Source: Candidatus Heimdallarchaeota archaeon
GTDB lineage: Archaea > Asgardarchaeota > Heimdallarchaeia > Heimdallarchaeales > Heimdallarchaeaceae
Direction: 5' to 3'
DNA length: 64,000 nt
NCBI GenBank assembly: GCA_019057375.1
Contig: DXJF01000032.1
Span: 1 to 64,000, forward strand
Position numbers and translations under genes: made by a program. The notes beneath the pieces were generated by a model, which searched no databases, had not been told where the DNA came from, and saw nothing but the letters and a program-made list of their open reading frames with translations. Below are positions 27,941 through 37,999 of the stretch, piece after piece. How positions within the stretch are numbered: the stretch's first letter is position 1; the number at the start of each line of letters is the position of its first letter.

Positions 27941-29312
27941 TTTTCTTTGAAAATATTTGCTTGAAAATTGATGTTGCTTTTACTTTCTCATCCTTCAGAA
28001 ATGGATCAAAGTCCCCTTTCCAGATTATTGGAAGACATAATAATATGAAAATTGCACAAATAGGACCTAGCCAAACAAGCCCTACGTTTATTGTTTCACT
28101 TCCCACTACTTTAGTCCAATCACGCATAAAACCTGCTGTCACAAATCCAATTGCTTGAGCTATATTGAAAGGTAAACCTTTGAAACCTGTATAGAGTCCC
28201 GAACGATTTTCAGAAGTTTCTCTTTCATCTTTATCAGCAAAGTCTGCTAAAATCGCATATGGGAAAAGATAAGCTGCTGAAATACCAAACACAACCCCAA
28301 TACCAAAACCATACCCTTGAACAATGGGAGGAATAAGTGGGATTTTACCGATTAGTGGAGTTATTGGTATCCAAATTATCAGCCATGTGAAAGCAATTAT
28401 CAATGACCATTTCTTACCAAATTTCTTTGCAAAGCTTCCCCAGAAAAGGAAACTTAGTACAAAAACACAAAGCATTACTGCTGCAAAAAGAAATTTCTCT
28501 ATAGCATTAACAACACCTATAACCTTTTCCAGAAAATCTAGAATTAAAGCAGACATGATGGTAACACCAACATTGAGAATTGTAAATCCTCCAACCCAAA
28601 TCATGTAATTTCGGTTACGAAGTGCAACTTTAATCTCACTCCAAGCATTCTTCTGCTTAGTTTCAACTTCCTTTTCCTTAATCTTCAATAATGCTGGCAA
28701 AAAGAATAGAAGTTCTAACACTGCAAAAAGAAGTGCGAAAATCAATAAATATTTCCCAGCATCACCATAGATACCTTGAGGATCTTCTCTAATGAAACCA
28801 GACATTACTAAAACAAAACCAGAACCAATTGCACCTCCAATTAAGTTGACTGTATTCATTAAACCAGCTACCTGAACTCTTTCATCTTCCGAAGTTATTT
28901 CAGGCATCCAAGATTGGTAAGGAATCACGAGATATCCATAGAATAGATGGAACATTGAATTCCATATTAACAACCAGATGAACTTCGTTGCTTGACTTCC
29001 TAGTGGAATGATAAATTGAGGCGTAAATAACATAACAAATGAAAAAGCTAATGCAGGAGCTCCTGTCCAGATAAAGAATTTTCTTCTTCCAAGTTTTGAT
29101 TTTGATGATAGGGAATCAGAAACAATACCAACAACCACAGAAGAGAAACCTATTACTATTTTTCCTATAGCGTTGCCTATGCCATTGAGAACAGGATCTA
29201 AATTCACTTGATTGGTATACATCCAGAAGGTTGCTACAAAAACCACATTCAGTAGAATTGTTGTACCCATTCTACATATCGAATAGTAGATTTTTTGTCT
29301 AACTGTAAGCAT
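27936..29312 (-). CDS. MFS transporter, GPH (MelB-like) family
   Basis: VSD..SSKSKLGRRK, PYQSWMPEI, SGLYTG; about 12 TM helices. Confidence 0.9.
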   Translation of the reverse strand: MLTVRQKIYYSICRMGTTILLNVVFVATFWMYTNQVNLDPVLNGIGNAIGKIVIGFSSVVVGIVSDSLSSKSKLGRRKFFIWTGAPALAFSFVMLFTPQFIIPLGSQATKFIWLLIWNSMFHLFYGYLVIPYQSWMPEITSEDERVQVAGLMNTVNLIGGAIGSGFVLVMSGFIREDPQGIYGDAGKYLLIFALLFAVLELLFFLPALLKIKEKEVETKQKNAWSEIKVALRNRNYMIWVGGFTILNVGVTIMSALILDFLEKVIGVVNAIEKFLFAAVMLCVFVLSFLFWGSFAKKFGKKWSLIIAFTWLIIWIPITPLIGKIPLIPPIVQGYGFGIGVVFGISAAYLFPYAILADFADKDERETSENRSGLYTGFKGLPFNIAQAIGFVTAGFMRDWTKVVGSETINVGLVWLGPICAIFILLCLPIIWKGDFDPFLKDEKVKATSIFKQIFSKKN

Positions 29313-29469
29313 AATTTCACCCTTCTGAAATAATGTTAGTAAGCGAACGATAATATAACGGGAACGTTTTATTTAAGAGTTTATACCTAAATTATTACTC
29401 CATCCGAGATAATACGCCTTAAACCAAAGTTTTTTGTTTTGACATGAAATGTTTACTTGAAGTGTTTGG

Positions 29470-30354
29470 ATGTCAAATGATGAGATATTGAAAATAATTA
29501 AACTACTAGAAGACCCAAGTCCAGCTCTCCGCCAACTTGCATTGGAACAATTAGCTCCTTTTGGAAGTGAAGAAATTGCAAAACAGAAGATAATCCAGTC
29601 ATTGAAAGATTCTGACCCTGAAGTTAGAATTTATGCAGCAGAAATCCTTGGGGATATAGTTGATAATCAAGCTTTAATTGCATTAAGTCAAGCACTAGAA
29701 GATGAAAATTGGGGCGTAAGGAAAGCTTCTATTGATTCTTTTGGTAAGCATAAAAACCCTGATACTCTCTCTTTCATCATTCACACATTAGATGATGAAC
29801 ACCCTCAAGTTAGATATTCCGCTGCTAAAGCGTTAAAGAATTTTGATGATATTGCTATAATTGAACCATTATTTAAGAGATTGAAGGATGAAACTGAATC
29901 AGTCAGAGAAGAAGCTAAGACAACTATACTAAGATTTCCAATCAAAGTTCCAGCTTCCCTTGTAGCTAATTATGTTCTAGATTCTAATAAACTAGTTAAG
30001 GAAGTAGTTGTAGAGTTTCTAACTTATCGTGTAGAAGGTAATCCTGTTCCTCATTTAATAAAAGCTTACGATGATCAAGATTGGGAAATTAGATTACAAG
30101 CTTTGCAAGAAATAAGAAAACTAATTGATATAGGGGAAATAGAGGATTCGAGGATTTATGAAGCAAATTTAAGTGCTTTAGACGATACTCACCCAAGAGT
30201 AAGATTTGAAGCTATCAGCAACATAGGTATTCTAAGAGATCCAAATGCTATAGATGTTCTAGGGGAAATAGCTAGAAATGATGAAGATTCTAATAATAGA
30301 TTGATGGCAACAGAAACAATGACAGCTATCAGAAGAACTATGAGATTAGAATAG
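29470..30354 (+). CDS. HEAT/PBS-lyase repeat protein
   Basis: Repeated L.D....VR..AA..LG units. Confidence 0.9.
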   Translation: MSNDEILKIIKLLEDPSPALRQLALEQLAPFGSEEIAKQKIIQSLKDSDPEVRIYAAEILGDIVDNQALIALSQALEDENWGVRKASIDSFGKHKNPDTLSFIIHTLDDEHPQVRYSAAKALKNFDDIAIIEPLFKRLKDETESVREEAKTTILRFPIKVPASLVANYVLDSNKLVKEVVVEFLTYRVEGNPVPHLIKAYDDQDWEIRLQALQEIRKLIDIGEIEDSRIYEANLSALDDTHPRVRFEAISNIGILRDPNAIDVLGEIARNDEDSNNRLMATETMTAIRRTMRLE

Positions 30355-30399
30355 ATAAATTTCCCTAAAATTTTTATAATGAACACTTCAGTTGACTGT

Positions 30400-30648
30400 A
30401 TGAAACCACCAATTTGCATTATTTGTTACAAGGAATTCAGAGATTCAGATGAAGGAGGATTAGTTTACTTTGGGAAAAGCAAAAGCGATGAAAGATGGAT
30501 TAAAGCTATGAAAGTTGAAGGATTAACTGGTCATCCACCTTATGCAGATTGGTTCTGCGACAAGCACTATGCGGCAGCTAAGGAATTATCACATCTAACA
30601 ATATCAGAAGCTATAGAAATATTAAAAGTAAAATTTTCAGAGGAATAA
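30400..30648 (+). CDS. Small Cys/His zinc-binding protein, paralog 1
   Basis: MKPPICIIC...GG...F...W...GHPPY.DWFCDKH. Confidence 0.8.
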   Translation: MKPPICIICYKEFRDSDEGGLVYFGKSKSDERWIKAMKVEGLTGHPPYADWFCDKHYAAAKELSHLTISEAIEILKVKFSEE

Positions 30649-30654
30649 TATCGG

Positions 30655-30918
30655 ATGAAGCCACCAATTTGTGAAATCTGTTTAAAAAGATTTAATCACG
30701 CAGAGGAAGGAGGAATTATTAGTTTTAAGAAAAACAAATCTAATATAAAATGGGAGAAAAGAGTCAAAAAGAAGGGGATAGTTGAGCATCCGCCTTATAT
30801 GGAATGGTTTTGTGGAGAACACTTTGATGCTGCAAAAAAACTAGAACACTTTCATCGGCATGAAGCTCTAGAGGAACTGAGAAATCTATTTCTATTGGAA
30901 GAAGAATCTTTATCTTAA
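30655..30918 (+). CDS. Small Cys/His zinc-binding protein, paralog 2
   Basis: MKPPICEIC...GG...F...W...EHPPY.EWFCGEH. Confidence 0.8.
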   Translation: MKPPICEICLKRFNHAEEGGIISFKKNKSNIKWEKRVKKKGIVEHPPYMEWFCGEHFDAAKKLEHFHRHEALEELRNLFLLEEESLS

Positions 30919-30958
30919 TAAAAAATCACATTATGAAATAATATTCAAGTGAGTATTT

Positions 30959-31240
30959 ATGGCGAATATAGAAATTATTACTTTCACAAAAATCAAAGAG
31001 ATCATAGGCAAGAAGAAATTCTCTTACGAAGCATCATCTGTAGGAAATCTACTCAATAAGATGTTTGAAGAATTCGGCGAAATTCTCAAAACTGAGATTC
31101 TCGACATCAATGGTGATGTTAAAAAACACTATCGAATAATTGTAAATGGCAGAAATATTAATCTTTTAGAGGGATTTAAAACAATATTAAATGAAGGAGA
31201 TATGGTAGCATTTATGCCAACAATAGCTGGTGGAAATTGA
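30959..31240 (+). CDS. MoaD/ThiS/SAMP ubiquitin-like sulfur carrier
   Basis: YRIIVNGRNI, L.EGD.VAFMPTIAGG, followed by one extra Asn. Confidence 0.92.
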   Translation: MANIEIITFTKIKEIIGKKKFSYEASSVGNLLNKMFEEFGEILKTEILDINGDVKKHYRIIVNGRNINLLEGFKTILNEGDMVAFMPTIAGGN

Positions 31241-31291
31241 TTTTCGTGTTATTTTGAGTAAGTTTTTAACTGTCTGATACAATACAATATT

Positions 31292-33100
31292 GTGCCACTC
31301 AAGAAGTACAAATATAGGCTAAAAACAACTAAAATCAGATTTGTAGCTGTTTTTGTTTTAGTTTTTACCTTATTAGTACTCAGTATGCCAGTTACAATTT
31401 ATAGTTCTGATGAGACGGTCATAGGAGGAGAATATTTGGGACCATCATGGTCAACTCCTTTTGGTAAAAACATCAAGGGATCCCCTTCTCTTGTTGACCT
31501 TGACAGAGACGGAGATATCGAAATTGTAGTTTTGACCACCAACTATGTTTTTTGTTTGAATAACATAGGTACAATAAAGTGGTATCTTAATCTAGACACA
31601 ACTCTTTCTGGAAAAATCAACTTTGCAGATCTAGATGAAGATGGAAAGATTGATTTATTAATCTCAGGAGAATCCTCACTAATCTGCATTAATCACAGGG
31701 GATCAATTCTTTGGGAATATTTAGCTGATTCTGAACTTAAGGACTTTACTCCTTGTATTTTTGATATCGATGGTGACATGCATTTAGATATTATTGTTTC
31801 GACAGCAAAAACTACAAGTCAACCTTTTGTCTTAAATCGAAAAGGAAAAATTGCATTTTATTTTAATATAACATTACAATTTTCAGGATATTGGGCACTC
31901 TTCTTTGGTTCAGCTCCAATCATTGCAGATATTGATAATAACGGTATTTTAGATATTTTATTAATCGGAAATGATTACAAACTTCATTCCTTTACTACTT
32001 CAGGTGAAGAGAAATGGATATCACAAACAATTAGAGGAGATTCTTTAATTGGAGTAGCAGATCTTGATGGAGACAGTACCGCAGAAATAATAGTTGGAAG
32101 CACTTTTCATCTGTATTGTTTTGATCATAATGGAGAAATAGAATGGTCGTATACACAGGAATTACAAAATAACAGAAGCAATATCATGAACTTCAATCCC
32201 TGCATTGCTGATATAGATAATGATGGTAGCCTTGAGGTCATATCTAGTGCTTATAACCCTTTGACAGGTGAAGGAAACATCTTTTGTTTAAATGAAACCG
32301 GACAACTTCAATGGAGATATAATTCTATAAATAGTCTAGGTAGTCCTTGTGCAATTGATATTGATAACGATAAAACTTTGGAGATTCTTTTCAGTGAAGG
32401 AAACGATAATTTTATGGGATTGAATCATCTGGGGGAATTATTGCTATTTCGGGAAGTTGAGGGTATACACACAGATCCTCCCTTGGTGGCAGATATTGAC
32501 AAAGATGGTAAACTAGAAGTAATAATATCAAGAGTAAACAAGAAAGATGTGCATTGTTTTGAACTACTTGAGTCATTCAATTCTACTAGCTCCTGGTGGA
32601 CCTATGGAGGAAGTTTTCAGCGACATGGAAGTCCAGATAGTGATGGGGATTATTTGAATGATTTTGCTGAAATCAACTTATATAATACAGATCCTTACTT
32701 AAAGGACAGTGACGGAGATTTACTTTTAGATAGCTGGGAGGTAGAGTATTTCTTGGATCCACTTGAAAATAGTACTTATGATGATCCAGATAAAGATGGT
32801 TTTACAAATATCGAAGAATTCGAAAGAGCTTCAAACCCAAACAAATGGGATAACTGGGCAAGACTCTATGGAGGATATCTAATTCCAGCATGGTTACTAA
32901 TTCTCGGGGTCTTAGTGTATAGTTGCATTAAACTAAAATCTATATCACCAAAAATCTGGAATTCATTAGTTACATTTTATATTTATCTTAGAGTGCGATT
33001 TGCACGAGACATAACTAAACAAAGAGAGCTTTACATCACAGATAGAGAATTTTTTGGTGATGTAGAAGAGGCCTTGAAGGAACAAGAAAATGATTTATAA
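31292..33100 (+). CDS. Membrane-anchored FG-GAP/beta-propeller protein with TSP3-like Ca-binding repeats
   Basis: Signal/TM segment; about 8 copies of P.iaDiD.DG..Ei; DSDGDYLND/DSDGDLLLD/DPDKDG repeats; C-terminal TM helix. Confidence 0.85.
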   Translation: MPLKKYKYRLKTTKIRFVAVFVLVFTLLVLSMPVTIYSSDETVIGGEYLGPSWSTPFGKNIKGSPSLVDLDRDGDIEIVVLTTNYVFCLNNIGTIKWYLNLDTTLSGKINFADLDEDGKIDLLISGESSLICINHRGSILWEYLADSELKDFTPCIFDIDGDMHLDIIVSTAKTTSQPFVLNRKGKIAFYFNITLQFSGYWALFFGSAPIIADIDNNGILDILLIGNDYKLHSFTTSGEEKWISQTIRGDSLIGVADLDGDSTAEIIVGSTFHLYCFDHNGEIEWSYTQELQNNRSNIMNFNPCIADIDNDGSLEVISSAYNPLTGEGNIFCLNETGQLQWRYNSINSLGSPCAIDIDNDKTLEILFSEGNDNFMGLNHLGELLLFREVEGIHTDPPLVADIDKDGKLEVIISRVNKKDVHCFELLESFNSTSSWWTYGGSFQRHGSPDSDGDYLNDFAEINLYNTDPYLKDSDGDLLLDSWEVEYFLDPLENSTYDDPDKDGFTNIEEFERASNPNKWDNWARLYGGYLIPAWLLILGVLVYSCIKLKSISPKIWNSLVTFYIYLRVRFARDITKQRELYITDREFFGDVEEALKEQENDL

Positions 33101-33130
33101 AACAAATGAAATCTTTCTTCAGTAAATTCT

Positions 33131-33607
33131 CTAAGGAATAACTTCTGGTTTTTCTACATCCAAATCCTTTCTTTTATACTCTGCAAATTCCTTTGTTGAT
33201 TTGAAGTGCAGTGCTTCCTCAGGGCAGTATTTGACACATTGTGGGTTGCCATCACATAAATCACATGTTATTGCAATATTTTTTTCTGGATTAAATCTCA
33301 TAACATTAAATGGGCAGGCTTCCACACAAATTTTACATCCGGTACACAATTCTTCGTTTATCTGAATAGCTCCAGTTATTGGAGATTTAGATATTGCTTT
33401 CTCTGGACATACTTCTATGCATTTCCCACATATAACACATACTTTAGGAATCGTAATCCCCTCTACTTCGTTCTTAATAACTTGGATTCTAGAGAGAAAA
33501 GGAGAGAAAACTTTCTCATGTTCAAAAGAACATCGTAGTTCACAAATCCGACACCCATTGCACTTTTCTTTTTGAGCGAATATTCTTTTTTTGATTTCTG
33601 AATTCAA
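33131..33607 (-). CDS. 4Fe-4S dicluster ferredoxin-like partner of AOR
   Basis: CNGCRICELRC, CVICGKCIEVCP, CTGCKICVEACP, CDLC...CVKYCP. Confidence 0.95.
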   Translation of the reverse strand: MNSEIKKRIFAQKEKCNGCRICELRCSFEHEKVFSPFLSRIQVIKNEVEGITIPKVCVICGKCIEVCPEKAISKSPITGAIQINEELCTGCKICVEACPFNVMRFNPEKNIAITCDLCDGNPQCVKYCPEEALHFKSTKEFAEYKRKDLDVEKPEVIP

Positions 33608-33608
33608 T

Positions 33609-35522
33609 TTATTTCTCCTCCTTTACTAAATTAAAAATTTCTGCCGATTCAAGAAGATCTAATTTCCTTAACAAGGATTCCTTCGGTAATCCTGTTTCAA
33701 AATCCCATCCCCTCAATTCGTAATATTTCGGCAGCATTTTATCTAATTCTACATATTGGCCTTTTGCAGGTCCTTCAGACAAAGGTTCCTCAGTAAATCT
33801 CTTAGGAAGGTTATCTTCATTTTTGCCTATTCCTTCCCTTAAATTAAACAATCTTTCTAAATTGTATATTCGTTCCCCTATTAGAAGCAATTCATCAGAG
33901 GAGATATTTCTTCCAGTTGTGAGTGACAGAAAAATAGCCATATCTTCCGGTCTAACTGCATATGCTGAAAAGCAAGTATACTTGCACATTTCTGCTGAAT
34001 CAACTATTGCTCCAAAATTTTCATGCCAGACCACCATCCTTGGTTTTCCTTCATGAGAGTGAGGATCTACTGCTTTTTCAGAACCAAACCATTCCAAACC
34101 TTTTTCAGGTTCATAACCCAACAGCTCAAAATTAGGTAAAGCTGCTAGATGGTCTGCTCCTCTTGTAGCTGTTGCCCAGCCTAAACCAAAAGCTTTTGCT
34201 GTTCTAACATCATATGCAGGTGGTTCCATTCCTTTTATATGAAGTGCAAACTCTTCAGACCCAGCATTTATTTTTTCAGAGAATCTCTTTGTTCCTTCAG
34301 CAAGATCGTTTCCAATTCCTTCACGAAAGGCTACTTTTTTTATTAGTTCAATTAAAGCGTCATCATTTCCCCATATTAGTTCTAGTCCATCAGTATCTTT
34401 TGATGACAAGATACCTTTTTCATAAGCCTCCATAGCAAATGCTATAGTATCTCCCAGTGAGATAGTATCCAGACCAAATTTATTGGCTAACTCATTCGCT
34501 TTTAGAATTGCTCCAAGATCACCAATTCCACATTTAGATCCTAAACAAACAACTGTTTCATATTCGGGACTTCCACCTTTAGTTCCAGCATATTTCCCAG
34601 TTTTTACCTTGGAATACTTTCCACAATGAATGGGACATGCAAAACAGCTTTCAGACTTAATTCTATATAATTCATCAAATGTTTCTGTGGAAATGTTCTC
34701 ATATTGGTCAAATATTCCTGATTGGTTATTTCGAGTTGCTAGTCCTCCGCTTATATAAGCTAAATCAACTAAAAATGTCGTGCCATAATATGACAGACTT
34801 GGAAATGCAGGATCATCGTAAATTTTCTTAAGAGTTTCATCAACAAAATCATGGAATTCTAGTGGGTTAGCTATCTCTACTCCACCAGTTCCTCTAACAG
34901 CAATAGCTTTCAAGTTCTTTGAACCCATTACTGCTCCTAATCCAGTTCGAGCTGCAGCTCTGGATAGATTGTTCATTAGTGCTGCGTATTTAACTAGATT
35001 TTCTCCCCCTTGTCCTATGCATAGTATTTGAAAATTTTCAGATAACTCATTTTTTAATATAGAATCAGTTTCCCAAGTATCTTTTCCCCAAAGATGAGAT
35101 GCATCTCGTAATTCCATCTGGTCATCTTCAATGTAAAGGAATACTGGTTTTTCTGATTTACCATGTAGAAAGACAGCATCGTATCCTGCATAAGCAAGTT
35201 CTGGAGCAAAGTGTCCTCCAGAATTTGCATAGCCAATCCCCCCTGTCAGTGGAGATTTTGCCGCAACAGTATATCTAGCTGTTGAAGGAGCAAATGTTCC
35301 AGTAAGAGGACCTAGACTTACGACAAGTATATTCTCTGGACTAAGAGGGTCAACATCTTGCTTTAAATTATCATAAAGATATTTAATCGCCCAACCTCGA
35401 CCTCCTAAGTAATTCTCAATCAACAAAGGATCAGTTTCTTTTACAAGAAAAGATTGGGTTGTTAAATCTACAACTATGGTTTTACCTCTATATCCTTTAT
35501 AGTGAGTTGTTGTGGAGTTCAA
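33609..35522 (-). CDS. aor: Tungsten-containing aldehyde:ferredoxin oxidoreductase
   Basis: LGGRG, AKSPLTG, GLGAVMGSKNLKAI, CFACPIHC, PEYET, GLDTIS, RGADH, YYELRGWD. Confidence 0.95.
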   Translation of the reverse strand: MNSTTTHYKGYRGKTIVVDLTTQSFLVKETDPLLIENYLGGRGWAIKYLYDNLKQDVDPLSPENILVVSLGPLTGTFAPSTARYTVAAKSPLTGGIGYANSGGHFAPELAYAGYDAVFLHGKSEKPVFLYIEDDQMELRDASHLWGKDTWETDSILKNELSENFQILCIGQGGENLVKYAALMNNLSRAAARTGLGAVMGSKNLKAIAVRGTGGVEIANPLEFHDFVDETLKKIYDDPAFPSLSYYGTTFLVDLAYISGGLATRNNQSGIFDQYENISTETFDELYRIKSESCFACPIHCGKYSKVKTGKYAGTKGGSPEYETVVCLGSKCGIGDLGAILKANELANKFGLDTISLGDTIAFAMEAYEKGILSSKDTDGLELIWGNDDALIELIKKVAFREGIGNDLAEGTKRFSEKINAGSEEFALHIKGMEPPAYDVRTAKAFGLGWATATRGADHLAALPNFELLGYEPEKGLEWFGSEKAVDPHSHEGKPRMVVWHENFGAIVDSAEMCKYTCFSAYAVRPEDMAIFLSLTTGRNISSDELLLIGERIYNLERLFNLREGIGKNEDNLPKRFTEEPLSEGPAKGQYVELDKMLPKYYELRGWDFETGLPKESLLRKLDLLESAEIFNLVKEEK

Positions 35523-35583
35523 GTTAATACTATATCACCATTTTAGAGGATATAAGCTTTACTTCATAATGCAAGATCAATAA

Positions 35584-36132
35584 TTATTTAGGGGTAATCT
35601 TAACTACTTCAACTAATTCAGAGAAGGATGTAAAATCAGCTGTTGCAGAATCATCAGTTTTAGGATTCCAACCAAATAACATCTTAGCAGCCTTAGGATA
35701 TTTAGTTACATACCACTTAAACAAATCATTCTTTTGCTCAATGGATGCAAGTAATTCAAAACCTATAGATTGTTTTCTGAATCCAACTTTAATTCTAATA
35801 TCTTGTGGATTTGCTAACATATTCTTGAGCCAATGTGCTTTCATCCCTCTACCCGCAACAAAATGAATTACTCCATCTTTTTTTCTATATTCTACTGGAG
35901 TAATCCTTTTCTTACCTGTTTTTCTTCCTTTAGTGTATAGAAGCAAGAAGATTTTTCCAAAACCGAATAAAGGAAGAATATTCACTCGATATAAAGGAAT
36001 GGTAAAGTATTTGTTTAGTCGCTTCCAAGTCTTGAGAGTCTTTGCTTGGGACTCTGAATCTCCGAATAATAAATTGTACTCTGCGGAACCTGAACGAGGA
36101 AAATCAAAGATTTGATCAGTCATATTTAACAA
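35584..36132 (-). CDS. Deazaflavin (F420H2)-dependent nitroreductase/DDN-like protein
   Basis: LLLYTKGRKTGKKRITPV, AGRG...HWLKNMLANP. Confidence 0.85.
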   Translation of the reverse strand: MLNMTDQIFDFPRSGSAEYNLLFGDSESQAKTLKTWKRLNKYFTIPLYRVNILPLFGFGKIFLLLYTKGRKTGKKRITPVEYRKKDGVIHFVAGRGMKAHWLKNMLANPQDIRIKVGFRKQSIGFELLASIEQKNDLFKWYVTKYPKAAKMLFGWNPKTDDSATADFTSFSELVEVVKITPK

Positions 36133-36232
36133 GAACTCTTTACATTCAAAAAAATTGTTGTTCAGATGAAATTGAAAATATGAAATAGGGAAGAGTTATT
36201 TTTGCAGATATCAATCTACTATAGGGATTTCC

Positions 36233-36592
36233 TTGTTTACTGAAGAATTTGTCAGCGAAGAAGAGCTTCTTCTAGAAGAAGAAATTGAAGAGATATACCA
36301 GTATCATGGTGCTGAGTATGATGAACTTCCTTTCATTGAGTTCAAAGATCATGAGGAGGAGAATCATTCTGATTACCGTCTAACTCTATTCTTTGCATTA
36401 TTATTAGCAATTACAGGAGCTGTTGTGCTCGGTTTCTTAACGCCCCGAACATATGGAGAAACATTAAATGATGTTTACTGGTGGACTCCTCTTATTGGTG
36501 GATTGATTGGAGCTTTTCTAGGAGGTTTTGTTGGTTTAATGATAGATTCTCTACTTTATGGTAGGTCTAAAGGTAATCAACAAACATCATAA
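36233..36592 (+). CDS. Hypothetical two-TM membrane protein with acidic N-terminus
   Basis: Glu-rich first 45 aa, then two hydrophobic helices with Gly-rich spacing. Confidence 0.7.
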   Translation: MFTEEFVSEEELLLEEEIEEIYQYHGAEYDELPFIEFKDHEEENHSDYRLTLFFALLLAITGAVVLGFLTPRTYGETLNDVYWWTPLIGGLIGAFLGGFVGLMIDSLLYGRSKGNQQTS

Positions 36593-36629
36593 TTATGAAG
36601 AATTTTAAAAACTAACAATCAGCAAAAAT

Positions 36630-37403
36630 TCATGTTTCTTTTGATGATTTAGTTAAGAATCTATGACTCACATAATCTATATATCCATTATCAGATATGG
36701 TAGAATGAAGTTCAAACAGTTTGTCTCTATATTTTTCAACTGTAAATCCAGGTATTTCCCAAGGAGCCGCTAATAGATAAAAAACGATTGCACCAACATC
36801 AAAAAATCGAGTTATCGGAAAACACTCTTTCTTCTTGAGAATCTTAAATCCATTATTTTCTAATTGATTTGCTGCGAAATCTGCAGTCCATTCTGGATAC
36901 TCACTCACTTTATCATTAAGGAAAAATTCTCTTAATCCATCATCATTGTGAGCTCCTACTTGCTGAGTTAGAAAAATGCCTTCTTCTGAGAGTATTCTAT
37001 GAACCTCAGTAGGAGAATAAGATTCATGTCTATTGATAATTAAATCAAATGAACCATCTTCAAAAGGTAGGTTCTCATCACCACTAATTTGAGTTACTTC
37101 TACTCCTAAGGGTTCTAGTCTTTTTTTTGCAATGGGAACATTTGGTTCATAAGCTTCAGTGGCATATGTTTTTTCTGGAAAAGGTTGTAACATTGATAGA
37201 AACTCTCCACCACCAGTTCCCATGTCAAGTAAGGAATTAGCTTTTCTTAAAACTGGAAGTATTTCTGAGGTATAACTCCATATTAATGGTGCTGTAACCA
37301 TTCTATTATCAACATAGGAAAAATCCCATCCAAGAAAAGGTCTTTGGGCTTCTTTAATTAATAGTTCAAATGTTTCTTTACAACTTCTAGAATCATCATC
37401 CAT
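36630..37403 (-). CDS. Class I SAM-dependent methyltransferase
   Basis: GWDFSY, LLDMGTGGGE, FDLIINRHE, FLTQQVG. Confidence 0.92.
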   Translation of the reverse strand: MDDDSRSCKETFELLIKEAQRPFLGWDFSYVDNRMVTAPLIWSYTSEILPVLRKANSLLDMGTGGGEFLSMLQPFPEKTYATEAYEPNVPIAKKRLEPLGVEVTQISGDENLPFEDGSFDLIINRHESYSPTEVHRILSEEGIFLTQQVGAHNDDGLREFFLNDKVSEYPEWTADFAANQLENNGFKILKKKECFPITRFFDVGAIVFYLLAAPWEIPGFTVEKYRDKLFELHSTISDNGYIDYVSHRFLTKSSKET

Positions 37404-37534
37404 ATTACAAACTTGAGAGACATATTAATGATTTTTATGTATGGAGAGACCATTTGTATGCATTCAAAAATAGTGACTTAAATGGAAAAAGATCAAGAAA
37501 TTTTATTAAAAAAATAGAATGAAAATAGAATAAT

Positions 37535-37918
37535 TTACTCTACTTTTACTTCTTTTTCATATTTCCAAAAACCGTGTATGTTACAATAAGATGTTGCAAT
37601 AAGCTTTCCTGGTTTGTCAGTTTTTAGTTGAAAAACTGTATAGGGTTCTGAATAAACACCACTTGTATCGGGCCCTTTTATTGAAGCTCCATGAGCATCA
37701 AAATTGACTAAACCAAGTTGATATGGGTATTTTTCATCTTCTGGCCAGAACATTAGTTTTATCCAAGAAATATGATGTTCTGTTTTGTTAGGATGAGCAA
37801 TTTCTTTTCCAACACTAACAGTTACAAGAGTTTTTTCACCAGCTTTAATGACATCTGTAATTTCAATAACAGGTACATGTTTTTCTGTTTTCCAATCAGC
37901 TGTTCCATATAATTCCAT
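37535..37918 (-). CDS. Class II superoxide-reductase-like (SORL/desulfoferrodoxin) protein
   Basis: EKHVP, HPNKTEHHISWI, SYCNIHG. Confidence 0.92.
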   Translation of the reverse strand: MELYGTADWKTEKHVPVIEITDVIKAGEKTLVTVSVGKEIAHPNKTEHHISWIKLMFWPEDEKYPYQLGLVNFDAHGASIKGPDTSGVYSEPYTVFQLKTDKPGKLIATSYCNIHGFWKYEKEVKVE

Positions 37919-37999
37919 GGGAATCACCTAACTCTAGAAAAAACATAGCTATAAATAAATTTCTTGGAAAGACAAAAATAGAAGTAAATAGGAAAAAAA

